A DNA stretch of 64,000 bases from Mobula birostris (lineage: Eukaryota). The number at the start of each line of letters is the position of its first letter. Position 1 is the stretch's first letter. The translations under genes were made by a program, and so were the position numbers. Shown in pieces: positions 36,455 to 49,429 of the stretch. Under the pieces are notes generated by a model, which was not told where the DNA came from, did no database searches, and saw only the letters and a list, made by a program, of their open reading frames with translations. The stretch lies in the NCBI RefSeq assembly GCF_030028105.1, contig NC_092379.1, forward strand, positions 47,850,150 through 47,914,149, read 5' to 3'.

Positions 36455-37045
36455 AAACTGCGCATGAAAGCTCTTCTTTTATAGCTATTAATGGCTGCGC
36501 GGTTACCCGGCGTGCCCCTCGAGCACTACACTGCTCTATTCATCACCCCCACCACCACCAATGGTCCTTCTCTTCACAATCAGGCTACAAGAAACACTCA
36601 CTAACTTACTTTAAGCGACGATGTGGAGAATCGCACTGCCCTACGCGGCTGAATGAGGCCTCGTCCTCAATTTTGGTCGACCAATGCGCATGTTCAGACC
36701 GCGGACTTCAGCGCATGCTCAGAAACGAAGCCGCGCTGCTGCGAAATGGAGGTCGTTGTGTCTCAGGAAGGTAGGGTGATCGCCTGTAGCTGGATTCGGA
36801 AGGAGGGCCGTGCAATGTCACTTATGAACTCCGGCTGTGGTTCCTGGGCCGAAGGAACACGTGCAGAGTGCTGAGGGGCGTTGCAAAGTCAGCAACAGCA
36901 ACAGCTTTCTTTCAAACCCGTGGTGTAGGGTTGCTAGGGAAACCAGCCGCCATCTTATTGGAATTGGGACGAAAGGACTGCGCATGCGTGGGGGTGTTGC
37001 TCAGTGAGTGCGCAGGCGCTTCCTTGGCCCGTAGTCCCTGGTATC
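36455..37045. promoter_or_regulatory. second CpG-rich promoter module, probably bidirectional
   Basis: NRF1-like TGCGCATGCG (~36979), TGCGCAGGCGC (~37009) and GCGCATG (~36460, ~36686, ~36711). YY1 GCCGCCATCTT (~36946), RFX X-box-like GTTGCTAGGGAAAC (~36930) and GGGACTACG on the minus strand (~37030). Confidence 0.75.
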
Positions 37046-37429
37046 TCAGAAGAGTGGGATAATCCTGGCGTTATATACAGTGTCAGTATAATGTGAAAGG
37101 GCTGGTTTCTCACATCGAAGGTCCTCTGTGGGTTTAGTCACTTGCTGTTAGTGAATCTGAATTCAATGCAGAATTTTCAATTTGGTTGACAAGTTGAAGT
37201 TCAGACCACAAACGTCCCTGCTATCACCACATTTGTGAAAACCTGTGTGGCAGGATCTGCTGCCGAAACCCTGGTCTAATATCGTTTTGTCACCTCTACC
37301 ATTCGCCCGTCCCTGTCTGGTTCGAAGCAGAAAGCGAAAGTACTGAAACTCAGCACCTGCAGAGAAAGGAAAGAAAATAGTTAGTGGTTCAGGCCCACAC
37401 CCTTTATCAGACCCTTCAGTCTGATGAAA

Positions 37430-37690
37430 TAAGACCATAAGTCATTGGGGTAGAATTAGGCCTGATCGGTTTCACCATTCGATGTGCTATTTCTGTTGCT
37501 GATTTATTATGCCTCTCAACCCCATTCTCTTGCCGTCTCCCTGTAGCCTTCGACGCCCTTACTAATCAAGAACTTAAATACTGTATACTCAATGACTTGC
37601 CGTCCACAGCCATCCGTGGCAATGAATTCCATAGATTCATCACCTCTGGCTAAGCAAATTCTTCCTCATCTCTGTTCTAAAGGATGTCAA
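37430..37690 (-). mobile_element. CR1 3' tail fragment
   Basis: TAAGACCATAAG...GTGGCAATGAATTCCATAGATTCATCACCTCTGGCTAAG, as in other CR1 tails. Confidence 0.75.
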
Positions 37691-38257
37691 TACTTTCTGT
37701 CTCCTTGGCTGGGAGTCTCCTAACCTGTTGAGTGTTTCCAGCGTTGTTTTTAAACATGTATTTTACTTGCAGAGTATCTTACAATTGTTAGTGTGGCAGG
37801 CACTCTGGCCATCTAGTTTAGAATAGAACCTAGTATAGCATTCTGGTTAGCCAAGATTCCCACTTTGTCTTTTTTAACCCTATATTGCCACATTTGTTGC
37901 TGGGCAAACTGATGATTCTGCATTTGTGAGAAGAACAAGTTCTGAGCCAGTATCCTTCACCAGAAGCAATCCCCTTTGAAAATGCTCCTAACACTAGTTC
38001 CAGCTAACTGTTAACTTCTGCAGGCTTTTAAGTTGATGGTATCACGTGCAGGATTTCAAGCCTATAGCCAGTCTTCGGCTATTTCATGGTAGTCCTTGTG
38101 TTTACTGGTAAAACTTGGTTATTTAATTTCTGTTAGTAGAGGTAGAGTCCGGGTTCTGGCTATCTTTAGATATCAAGATGTCCCTTGGCCTTTTCCTACG
38201 TTAGCATCCTGGCAATTAGAGTTGTTTTCTTTATTTGGGAGTATGGGTCTCACTGGT

Positions 38258-38715
38258 GAGAAAATTTGCAGATGCACACACAAACTGCTGAAGGAACTCA
38301 GCAGGCCAGGCAGCATCTATGGAAAAGAGTAAACAGTTGATGTTTCAGGCTGAGACCCTTCATCAGGACTGGAAGAAAAAGATGAGAAGTTAGAGTAAGA
38401 AGGGAAGGGGAGGAAGAAGTAAAAGGTGATAGGTGAAACGGGGTGGGGGAGGAGTGGTAAAAAGCTGGGAAGTTGATTGGTGAAAGAGATACAGGGCTGG
38501 AGAAGGGGGAATCTGATAGGAGAGGTCAGGAGACCTGGAGGAAAGGGGAGGAGCACCAGAGAGCAGTGATGGACAGGTAAGGAGATAAGGTGAGATGGGA
38601 ATGGGGAATGGTGAAGTGGGGGTGAGGGGGGCATTACCAGAAGTTTAAGAAATCGACGTTCATACCATCAGGTTGGAGGCTACCCTGACGGAACATAAGG
38701 TGTTGCTCCTCCTGT
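38258..38715 (-). mobile_element. Penelope-like 3' remnant with hammerhead core (38334-38371)
   Basis: Minus ORF EEQHLMFRQGSLQPDGMNVDFLNF; CAGTC-CTGATGA-AGGGTCTCAGCCT-GAAAC-ATC-AACTG. Confidence 0.87.
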
Positions 38716-39440
38716 GTTGTCCACCCGCTGATTTCCCTGGCTGTGAGTGGTTTGGCTAGAGGAACAGTTCGGATGGAACAATAAGCAGGGCTTTTCTCTT
38801 TGGAGCAAGGACACTTGTTAGAGCTGTATAAATTGATAAGAACCATTGACTGAGTGCCTTTTTCCCAGGGCAGAGATGGCTAATACGAGACAGCATAATT
38901 TTCAGGTGATTGGAGGAAAGTTTCTTTTTTACACGGAGTGGTGGGTGATTGGAACGTGCTGCTGGGGATGGTGGTAGAGGCAGGTACATTAGGGACATTT
39001 AAGAGACTGTGAGGTAGGCCCCGGATTTTCTCTTTCACCCATGTGCCTATATTGGAGCGAAGAGTTAACTGACCTTCGAGAAGGTTGAAAGGTTGGCCTG
39101 TAGGGCCTGTGGTGAGATCTGTTCTATGTATATTTATATGTTGCTGTGCTCTGAGACACACTGGTTACGCCAAGTGAAGGTAGAAGCTTCTTCTTCATAG
39201 AAGGATCCCACCCATCCATCCAGCATCCGATGCATAAAGACAAGAACAGTCAGGATGTGAAACAGTTTCTTCCCCCAGGCCACTAGGCTTCTGAACTGCC
39301 GGCCACATTGCATTCAAAGTGTCACTGGTTAACCTATTCCGTACCTTCCAATATTCAATATCAAGGCACTTTAGTTAGTTATTTATGTGTGATTTATTTG
39401 TAGGTTTTATCCTTACCTTCATAAGCTATCGTGTGTTATG

Positions 39441-39801
39441 CAGGCATCCCACCCTGCAAAAACTCATTTCAGGGAGGTAGTACCATCAGCTTGCGGGAGA
39501 CTCCTGGAACTCCCGGGAGAGGTGGGATGTCTGCAGTCGAGTAGCTCCTTAGCAGCTAGCCAGCTAGTTTAAACAACATTAGTTATGCTAATGAATGAAT
39601 GACGCCTGTTAAACTCACCTCAACATGTGTTTTACAGTCTTAACCCACCATGGGCAATAGAAAAGTCACTGTTGCAAACAGTGCAGTGAGCAACACTGTC
39701 ATTATTTTTGACCCCTGTTAGGCAGGGGTACACTTTAGTGTAGTCTGGGGTGACGTACGTTTTATATTTTCTTTTTTTGGAACACTTTGCCATCTCTCCA
39801 T

Positions 39802-39858
<57 letters not shown>

Positions 39859-39983
39859 TCTATCTCTATCTCTATCTCAAAAAAAATTGATTTCCAGGAT
39901 ATTGTATATAATTTGCGGGCGTCAGGGAGCCACTATCAATATGCAGGAGACTCCCGGAACTTCCAGGAGAGGTGGGATGTCTG
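39441..39983. mobile_element. non-autonomous DNA transposon (MITE), 13-bp TIR, 6-bp TSD
   Basis: CAGGCATCCCACC...GGTGGGATGTCTG (12/13 inverted match) flanked by GTTATG on both sides. Contains (CT)n/(CTAT)n at ~39790-39878 and sits in a Rex-type tail. Confidence 0.85.
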
Positions 39984-42900
39984 GTTATGTGTATCACTGT
40001 GCTTCACACCCTGGTTTGGAGAAACTGTCTCATTTCTACATTCATTATATGGTTATATACATGTATATAGTTAAGAGACAATAAGCATGACTGGACTTGA
40101 GATGCTGATGAACAGAATGGAGCTTTTACACAATGTGCCAGGTTCGTGGCCTCTTTGACCGCTTTTTGCTTAGCTCTATGATTTGCTTTTTGTTCCAGGG
40201 GTTGAATGGCCAGAATTTAAATACTCTGCCCTCCAGAAGGATGGAGAGAGGAGGGTTCAGATGCTGCAATCTGCAGCCAGATACCAACTGCTGGAGGAGC
40301 TCAGCAGGTCGGGCAGCATCTGTGGAGACTAAGGGTTGGCAGACATATCAGGTCACGAAGGGGATCTTGCAGGCCACGTCAGCGTTGGATCTCTGAAGCA
40401 GCCTCGGGCTGGGTGGCAGGGGTGCAGGCCTGGACGGTATCGCGATGGCGGGGGGACGACCTGGTGTTTGAACAATTTAAACGTTGGCCCAGATGGATTG
40501 AAAAGTCGGAGTATGGGACTGGAGACGGGGTTCAGGCCGACTCGGTAGGTTTGACTCCTCTCTCTGCCGCGCTGAGGCTGTGACACTGCTCCGTGCTTCG
40601 TGTCTGTGAGCTTTGCCCTGCTGTGTGATGAACTGAGGCTGAGGCTGTGGGCCTGCTCCAGGTCTATGGGCTCAGTTTGGCTTGGGGTGCTGGGGCTTGC
40701 TTTTATTGTTCGTACGATTTGTGTGTGTGCCTTTTCTCCTCTTTCTCTGCACGGTGGCTGTGGTCTGTCTTTTAAATGAATTCTTTCAGGTTCCTTGCTT
40801 TGTGGCTGCCTGTTAGGAAACGAATCTCACAGTTGTATAATTTATACAAACTTTGATAATAAATGTAGAATTTGACTGGCGAGGAATCAGTAGACTGTAC
40901 GAACTCCAGAGGGGTCTTGTGCTGAAGAAGTGTTTGGATTAGGACCTCGTTCTAACAAGCACCCTGTTTCAACAGCGATGAGTATTAGGACTGGTCCAGC
41001 CACTGGAGCCTGTTGGATGTGGTTGCTCTTGGCATCCTCCGCGCCTTGGGAAGTGATTCTGTTATTTCCGTCGTTGGTACCCTGAAACACCAGCAGCAGT
41101 AGCAAGGCAGCCCCAGGTGGGTCAGTGCAGAGGTGTTGAGGATCAGTCCTCCTCGGTCAGCACCTTGCAGCTGCCCCAAAACCTCCCCCTGACCAACTGC
41201 AGTCCTCCAGAACAGGTAAAGGGGCTCTGGCTTCTTAGCCGGAACATTCCAGGGCCGGTGGGTCGAGAACAGGCAGGAGGTAATCATTCACAAATAGAAG
41301 CTGTTCTGGAAACGCCATATTACAGAGAGAAAGAACAACAGTTCCGTTGGCACCTGCGGGCCGAGATCCAAGAGGGAGCATGTAGCCTAAAGAATGTATG
41401 ACTGTCGTGTGGGGCAGGTCCTTCACTGTTGTCATAGTGTCTACAGCCCAGATAGAAAGTTTAAAGTAAATTTATTATCAAACCACATATATGTTACTAG
41501 ATACTATCTTGAAATTCATTTTCTTGCAGGCATTGGAAAGGATGAAATACCATGGAGTTGGAGCTTAAGACCACGTGAGCTGTTCTTGTGGTGAGTAAGC
41601 CAGTGATTTACACGGTAGGCAGGCTCTCTTGTACTTTCATTGGCGCCTGAGATCACTTGGATTATTAGGCACTTGGCAAGGGTCAATTAAAGTTGAAGTG
41701 GAGCAGCCTGTGTTGGAGTGCACCAGGGTTAGATTGGGGAGCCAAGACTTTGGCTCAAGAGGCTTCAGTGAACAGCAGTGGAGGTGAAAGCAAGCTCCTG
41801 GTATGTTTCTTTTGATCACAGTTAGAACAAAAGGCACAGGAGCAGAATTAGGCCATTCAGTCCATTGAGTTTGCTCTACTATTCTATCACGGCTGATTTA
41901 TTATCCATCTCAACCTCATTCCCCTGGATTCTCCCCATAACCTTCAACACCCTGACTTATCAGGAACCTGTCACCCTCCGTTTTAAATGTACCCAATAAC
42001 TTGGCCTTCACAGCTGTCTGTGACAATGAATTCCACAGATTCACCACTCTCTAGCTAAAGAAATTCCTCCTCATCTCCATTTTAAACGTCCCTCTGTTCT
42101 GAGGCTGGGTGTCCTCTGGTCATAGGCTCCCCCACCATTGCAAACATCCTCTCCACATCCACTCTATCTAGGCCTTTCAAGACATCGATAAGTGTCAATA
42201 AGATCCCCCCTCATTCTTCCAAACTTCAGTGAGTGCAAGCCCAGAGCCATCAAATGCTCCTCATTCATTAACCCTTTCATTCTCGTGAGCCTCCTCTGGT
42301 CCCTCTCCAATGCCAGCACAACCTTTCTTAAATCAGGGCCCAAAACTGCTCACGATACCCCAAGTGCTGTCTGACTAATTATATCCTTGCTTTCATATGC
42401 TGTTCCTCCCTACGTGAATGTTAACATTGCATTTGCCTTCCTTGCTACCGACTCAACCTGCAAGTTAATCTTTAGGGAATCCTAAATGATGGCTCCCAAG
42501 TCCCTTTGCACTCTGGTTTTTGAATTTTCTCCATGCTTACATGTCTACACCAGTATTCCCTGCACCAAAGTGCATGACCATACACTTCCGTACACTATAT
42601 TCCACCTGTCCACTCTCCCAGTCTGTCTTGGGTCTTTCTGCGAACTCCCTGCTTCCTCAGCACTCCCTGCCCCACCACCTGTCTTCATATCATCTGCAAA
42701 TATGGCCACAAAACCATCAATTGCACTGTCCAAATAATTCACATACAGCGTGAAAGGTCGCGGTCCCAGCACCAAACCCTGTGGAACACCACTGTTCATC
42801 GGCAACCAATTAGAAAAGACCCCCTTTATTCCCACTGCCTCCCGCCTCCTGCCAGTAAGCCAATGTTCTATCCATGCTAGTATCTCTCCTGTAATACTGT

Positions 42901-43759
42901 GGGCTCTCGTCTTGTTAAGCAGCCTCATGTGTGGCATTTTGTCAAAGGCCTTCTGAAAATCCAAGTAAACAACATCTACTGGTTCTCCTTGGTCTATCCT
43001 GCTTGTTATTTTCACAGAGATTTCCAACAGATTTGCAGCACAAGATTTCCCCTTAAGGAAACCATGCTGACTTTGGCCTATTTTATCATATGCCTCCAAG
43101 TAACTTTATACCTATCAGCTCCTCAAGCACCTTCTCCTTAGTAATTGCAAATACATTCACTTCTGCCATCTAACTCTCTCGAATTTTTGGCATACTGCTA
43201 CTGTCTTAACAGTGAAGCCTGAAGCAAAATACTTAAGTGTCCACCATTACTACCTCTCCAGTGTCATTTTTCAGCGGTCTGATATCCATTCTCACTTCTC
43301 TTTTAAATATATCTGAACAAACTTTTGGTATCCTTTTTTATATTATTGGCTAGTTTGCCTTTCATATTTCATCTTTTGTCTCCTCATCACTTTGTTTTTG
43401 CTATGTGTTGGTTTTTAGAAGTTTCCCAATCCTCTAACTTACCACTGAGTTTTGCCATACTGTGTGCCCTCTCTTGCTTTTATGTCGTCTTTGATTTCAC
43501 TGGTCAGACACAGTTGTATCATGGTCTCAACCCTACTTCATCTTTGGGACGTATCCACCCTGTGCCTTCTGAATTTCCCCCAGAAACTCCAGCCATTGCT
43601 GTTCTTCCGTCATCCCCTTCCAATCAGCTTTGGCCAGCTCCCCCCTCATTCCCCTGTAATTCCCTTTACTCCACTGTAATACTGATACATCTGACTTTAG
43701 TTTCTCCCTCTCAAATTGCAGGGTGAATTCTATTATATTATGACCATTGTCTCCTAGGG

Positions 43760-44922
43760 CAGGGGTCCCCAACCTTTTTTGCACTGCGGACCGGTTTAAT
43801 ATCGACAATATTCTTGCGGATCGGCTGGCGGGGGGCGGGAGGGGGCGGTGTAGGTTTGCCAACAGACAAGAGTAGCAGTCAAATACGTTGTGCTTTCCCT
43901 GAGAAAGACTACAGTGACCATGAAGCCTTGTGTGGGCACCAGTGCGCATGCGTGTACGTGCTGATTTTTTTTCCCCACTAATAGTTTTTGGCGATTCTGA
44001 TCGGGGGAGGGGGTGTTAATCACAACCGGAATATAGGTGATCAGTGGCTAATACACTCAATTAAATAACAAATTTAATATTAAACACACAGAGCATATTT
44101 TTCTCGTATGAATATAGTGATAAGTCAATTATCGGGGGAGGACAGGGGAGCTTGAAGTAAGTGTTGAACGAACTTCCAGTAGACGTGGTAGAGGCAGGTT
44201 TGATATTATCATTTAAAGAAAAACTGGATAGGTATATGGACAGGAAAGGAATGGAGGGTTATGGGCTGAGTGCAGGTCAGTGGGACTAGGTGAGAGTAGC
44301 GTTCGGCACGGACTAGAAGGGCCGAGATGACCTGTTTCCGTGTTGTAATTGTTATATGGTTATATAAGTCACTTATAAGTCAATAGCATCATAACATTTT
44401 AAGTAACGTTTGGATATTAAACACACAGCACGTATTTTCCCCGCATGAACATAAAATCATTACAACACACCAATATCGCTGATTCAGTGGGAGCCCTGGG
44501 CTTGTTTCCCTGCAACAAGACGGTCCTATCACAGGCTGATGGGATACAGCGATACTGGAAGGGATTCCTTATGTCCAGTCTGTTCCGCTATTTAGTTTTC
44601 GTTGCACTCATTGCAGAGATATGTTGGAAATGGAAGCACCGTTTTCAGTGCTTTCGTGGCTATCTCAGGATATTTAGCCTTGACTTTGATCCAGAATGCT
44701 GGCAGAGATGTTATGTCAAACATACTTTTCAGCCCGCCGTCATTTGCAAGCTCGAGGAGTTGATCTTCTTCCCGCGCTGACACGCATGACGCATGCATAA
44801 TGACCTCGCGTGCGTTCAAGCCCAACAGTGCGTGACAGTGAATGAGGAAATGTGCAGCTGACTCATATTGCCAAATCATATCGTTTCCTCGCGGCCCGGT
44901 GGCACATGCTTTACGGCCGCTG
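43760..44922 (-). mobile_element. hAT-Charlie/Buster-like internally deleted DNA transposon
   Basis: Left end CAGGGGTCCCCAACC, degenerate right end ...CCGCTG. TSD TCCTAGGG/TCCTAAGG (7/8). Transposase C-terminal remnant LLELANDGGLK...FWIKVKAKYPEIATKALKTVLPFPTYLC (minus). Confidence 0.9.
44160..44365 (+). mobile_element. young CR1 3' tail inside the hAT element
   Basis: Near-identical to 20010-20211 (GGACAGGAAAGGAATGGAGGGTTATGG...GGACTAGAAGGGCCGAGATG...TTGTTATATGGTTATA). Confidence 0.85.
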
Positions 44923-45733
44923 TCCTAAGGGTACCTAATCATATCTGGTTCATGACAGTACACCCAATCTGGAATTGCCTATCCCCTAGTGGGCTCAACC
45001 ACAAGTTGCTCTCAAAGCCATCTTGTAGGCGTTCTGCAAATTCCCTTTCTTAAGATCCAGTACCAATCAGATTTCCCCAGTCTACCTGAATGTTGAAACT
45101 TCCCATGACTATCATAATATTGCCCTTTTGGTATGCACTTTCTGTCTCCCACTGTAATTTGTAGCCCACATCTTGGCTACTGTTGGAAGGCCTGTATATA
45201 ACACATGGGACTTTTTACCCTCGCATTTTCTCAAGGCTTCCACGTCTTCTGATCCTATGTTACCTCTTTCTAAGGGTTTGATTTAAATTTTTACCAACAG
45301 AGCCACCCCACCCCCTCTGCCTACCTGCCTGTCCTTTCGTTACGACATGTATCCTTGGATGGTAAGCTCCTAACTATGATCTTCTTTCAGCCATGACTCA
45401 GAGACGCCCAATACCTGCCAATCTCCTAATTGTGCTGTAGCATCATCTCCCTGATTCTGGATACTGCGTGCATTCAAATATAACACCTTCAGTCCTGCAT
45501 TCATCACAGTCTTCAATTTTGTCCCCATCAACTCATCCCACTGACTGCAATTTTACCCTATCATCTGCCGTCCTTCCTCACTGTCTCACTACACACTGCG
45601 CCTACTTGTATACCAACTGCCCTTCCTCAGCCCGATCTCTCTGGTTTTATCCCCCCTGCCTAGTTAGTTTAAATCCTCCCCAACACCTTCAGCAAATCCC
45701 CTCGAGTTCAGGTGTAACTCATCATAGTGAGCA

Positions 45734-46265
45734 GGACAGAGGGAGAAAAAGGAGAGAGAGAAAAATAATGTATGTATATAAATAAATAACGGATGGGGTA
45801 CGAGGGGGAGGTGGGGCATTAGCAGAAGTTTCCCCACCTCCCCCTCGTACCCCATCCGTTATTTATTTGTATACACACATTCTTTCTCTCTCTCTCTCTC
45901 TCCTTTTTCTCCCTCTGTCCCTCTCACTATACCCCTTGCCCATCCTTTGGGTTTTTTCCCACCCTCCCCCTTTTCCTTCTCCCTAGGCCTCCTGTCCCAT
46001 GATCCTCTCATATCCCCTTTGCCTATCACCTGTCCAGCTCTTGGCTCCATCCCTCCCCCTCCTGTCTTCTCCTATCATTTCGGATCTCCCCCTCCCACTT
46101 TCATATCTCTTACTAGCTCTTTCTTCAGTTAGTCCTGACGAAGGGTCTCGGCCCAAAACGTCGACTGTACCTCTTCCTATAGATGCTGCCTGGCCTGCTG
46201 CGTACACCAGCAACTTTTATGTGTGTTGCTTGAAATTCCAGCATCTGCAGATTTCCTCATGTTTG
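45734..46265 (+). mobile_element. young Penelope 3' remnant with 5' inversion and hammerhead motif (46131-46166, G12->A)
   Basis: Inverted repeat 45734-45816 / 45832-45920; AGTC-CTGACGA-AGGGTCTCGGCCC-AAAAC-GTC-GACT. Confidence 0.87.
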
Positions 46266-46464
46266 TCTTTTTTTATTGTTCTGTTTGTTCCCAGTTTAAA
46301 TTTTAATTATTTAATATACATATGTTTACAGTAATTTATCTTTTTCCCCATATTTATTGGGTATTGCATTGTACTGCTGCCGCTAAGTAACAAATTCCAC
46401 AACATATGCCGGTGATATTAAACCTGATTCTCATTCTGAAGTGGAGTCATGGGTACGTAGACTT

Positions 46465-46935
46465 TTGGCACAATCGCCTTCATAAATCATAGTATTGAAT
46501 ACAGCGGTTGGGATGTTACGTTGAAGTTGGTGAGGTCTAATTTGGGGTATTTGTGCGGTTCTGGTTACCGACTGCAGGAAAGGTGTCAATAAGGTTGAAA
46601 GAGTGCAGAGAAAGTTGAGAAGGATTTTGAGGACCTGGTTATAGGGAAAGGTTTTTAATAGGTTAGGACTTTATTTCCTGGAGCTGAAGAGAATGAGGGG
46701 AGATGTGATCGAAGTGTACAGAATTGAGGTATAGATAGGGTAAATGCAGTCAGGTTTATTCCTCTGAGGTTTTGAGAGACTAGAACAAAAGGCTGAAAGG
46801 TTAAATAGCTGAGGGGGGACTCCTTCGCTCGGGGTTGGGGGAAGCGGTAGGGGGGTAGTGAGAGCTGCCAGTGAAGTGGTGGATGCTGGCGTGATGGCAA
46901 CATTTGGTCAGTACATGGAGGAGGCGGGTACAGGG
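46465..46935 (+). mobile_element. decayed CR1 3' fragment
   Basis: GAAAGAGTGCAGAGAAAG...GAAGAGAATGAGGGGAGATGTGATCGAAGTGTACAG, the CR1 C-terminus. Confidence 0.7.
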
Positions 46936-49429
46936 GAGTGTTGAATGAAGCTCTCCATGCCAGTTCAGGAGCTAATGGTTGTAGGTAATTACTGTGGGAC
47001 CTAAGGCTCTTGTACCTCCTGCTTAATGATAGTCGCAAGAAGAGGGCATGGCCCAGACGGTGGGGTCTGGTGATGCTTGTCTGTGGGCAGCCAAATGTGA
47101 AGGAGAGTTTTGGGGACTAAGGCAACACTGCAGAACTCAACTGAGTTCCAACATAGCAGGTTCCTCAATATTACCAGGGAAATCCTCCAGAGGTTCAATA
47201 ACTACACCTGAGACACTCGGGGCAATGGTGTTGTCCTCCACAACTCATCAGTCTGTCTAGCGTAAACCAATAATGGTTTAGCTTTGAAACATTTTAACCT
47301 GCTGTACAATATGTATCTATCAAGTGGAAGGTGTTGACGGCCATAAATGCAAATGACAAACCCACTGTCTTGTCACTTGCCACTTGTTTTAAAGGCACAA
47401 TTCAAAACCACTGATAGTGGGATCTTCACCATGTCCTGGGGGGGGGGGGGTGTGAGGGCAGGAAGTTCCAAGGCTTCCAACCCTTGTTCTCTAATATGAA
47501 GTCAAGAATGGCAAAATCTCTGCTCGAGATCCAGGAAAGCCGAAGGACATTTACTGTCTGGCACCAAAAAAATAAAGCCAATAAACATGACATCATCTGC
47601 CTTAGTGTGGCCTTTTATAACTTCTCAAAGATGACAGTGCTTCTCAGATGTAATTTCTCAGTATGAGTTACCGAGTGCACGATTGCCCTCAAACCAGAAA
47701 ATAACAGCAGCCACATTTGCTGTTTAATATATAAAAGCTCAGGAGTCCAGCGCGGCTAGTGCAATCACGGTACAGCAACTGCAATCACCGATCGGGTTTT
47801 CACTTTCCACCACTGTCCCTGAGGAGTTTTTACGTTCTCCCTGTGAACGTGTGGGTTCCTGCCACGTTCCAAAGCTGGACGTTTAAATTTGTGTGTAGTG
47901 AACACACTCCATCACAATCCTCCTGTTGAATGGGATGACACCACACTGCAGATGCTGGGCCCTGGAGCAACACATAAAGTGCTGCAGAAGCTCACCACAA
48001 CACAAGACCTTAAGACATGTGAGAAAAACCAGGTCATTCGGCCCATCGATTCTGCTCTGCCATTCCATCATGGCTGATTTATTCTCCTCCTTGATCCGGT
48101 TCTCTTGCTTTCACCCCATGACCTTTGATGCCCTGACTAATCAGACCCTATCAACTTCTGCCTTAAATATACCTGATGATTTGGCCTCTCAGCTGTTTGA
48201 AATTCGCTGTCCTGTATCATGGGGAGGATGTGCCAGATTGTCCATAATGGATAACAGTTTGTTTAGTGACCTCCTTTCCACCACTAACTCAAAAGAGTCT
48301 GGATTGTAGTTGAGGACAGATCCAGCCTTTCTGATGAGTTTGTTTTTTCCATCACCAGTACCGATGCAGCTCCCCCAACATAGAGCAGCAAAGGAGACTG
48401 TACTCGCTACAACAGACTGGTAAAAGATCTCCAGCATCCTGCTGCACACATTGTAAATGTACTTTGAACTTTGAGAGCATGAGGTGAAGAGTCCTTGAAA
48501 GTGAATCCATCAGTTGTAGGAACATTTCAGTAATGGGGCAAGTGAAGTTTGGTTCAAGAGCCTGATGGTTGAGGGGTAATATCTGTTCCTGAACCTGGTG
48601 GTGTGAGTCCTGAGGCTCCTGTACCCTCTCCCTGATGGTAACAGTGAGAGAGAGCGTGACCTGGGTGTTGGGGGTCTCTGATGATGGATGCTGCTTTTCT
48701 GCGACCACTCCGTGTAGGTGTCTCAGTGGTGGAGAGGGCTTTACCCATGGTGGACTAGGCCATACTCTTTCCATACCAGGCTGTGATGCAGCCAGTCAGT
48801 ATACTTCCCACCACACATCTATAGAAGTTTGTCAATGTTTTAGATGTCATGCCAAATCTTCACTAATTCCTAAGGAAGTAGAGTGGCTGCTGTGCTTTCT
48901 TCTTAGTTGCACTTGTGTGTGGGCCCAGGATAGGTCCTCCAAAAAAAATTATACTGAGGAATTTAAAGTTGCTGAGTCTCTCCACCGCTGATCCTCTGAT
49001 GAGGATCGGCTCATGGACCCCTGGTTTCCTTCTCCTGAAGTCAATAATCAGCTCCTTGGTCTTGCTGACATTGAGTTGTTGTTGTGGCACCACTCAGCCA
49101 GATTTTCAGTCTCCCTCCTATATGCTGATTCATCACCACCTTTGATTTGGCCAACTACAATGGTATGGTCAGCAATCTTGAATATGGCGGTGGAGTTGTG
49201 CTTAGCCACACGAGTAGAGCAGGGGGTTAAATACACAGCCTTGTGGTGCACCTGTGCTGATGGAGATTGTGGAGATTTGTTGCCAATCTGAACTGATTGG
49301 GGTTTGCAAGTGAGAAAATTGAAGATCCAGTTGCACAAGGAGGTACTGTGGCGAAGATCATGAAGTTTATTGGTTAGTTTTGAGGGGCTGATGGTATTGA
49401 ATGCTGAGTTGTAGTTGATAACTGATCTA

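Larger units (their letters stand above)
41820..45720 (-). mobile_element. CR1 LINE, ~3.9-kb span, interrupted by a hAT element
   Basis: SQHGFLKGKSC...VDVVYLDFQKAFDKMPH...SGVPQGLVLGP...FADDMK; endonuclease remnant GDNGHNIIEF; CR1 3' tail at ~41830. Confidence 0.93.

Noticed and set aside
40887-41401. Short ORFs in a non-repetitive island
   Set aside because: No recognisable protein similarity or consistent frame; kept only as possible non-coding exon sequence.
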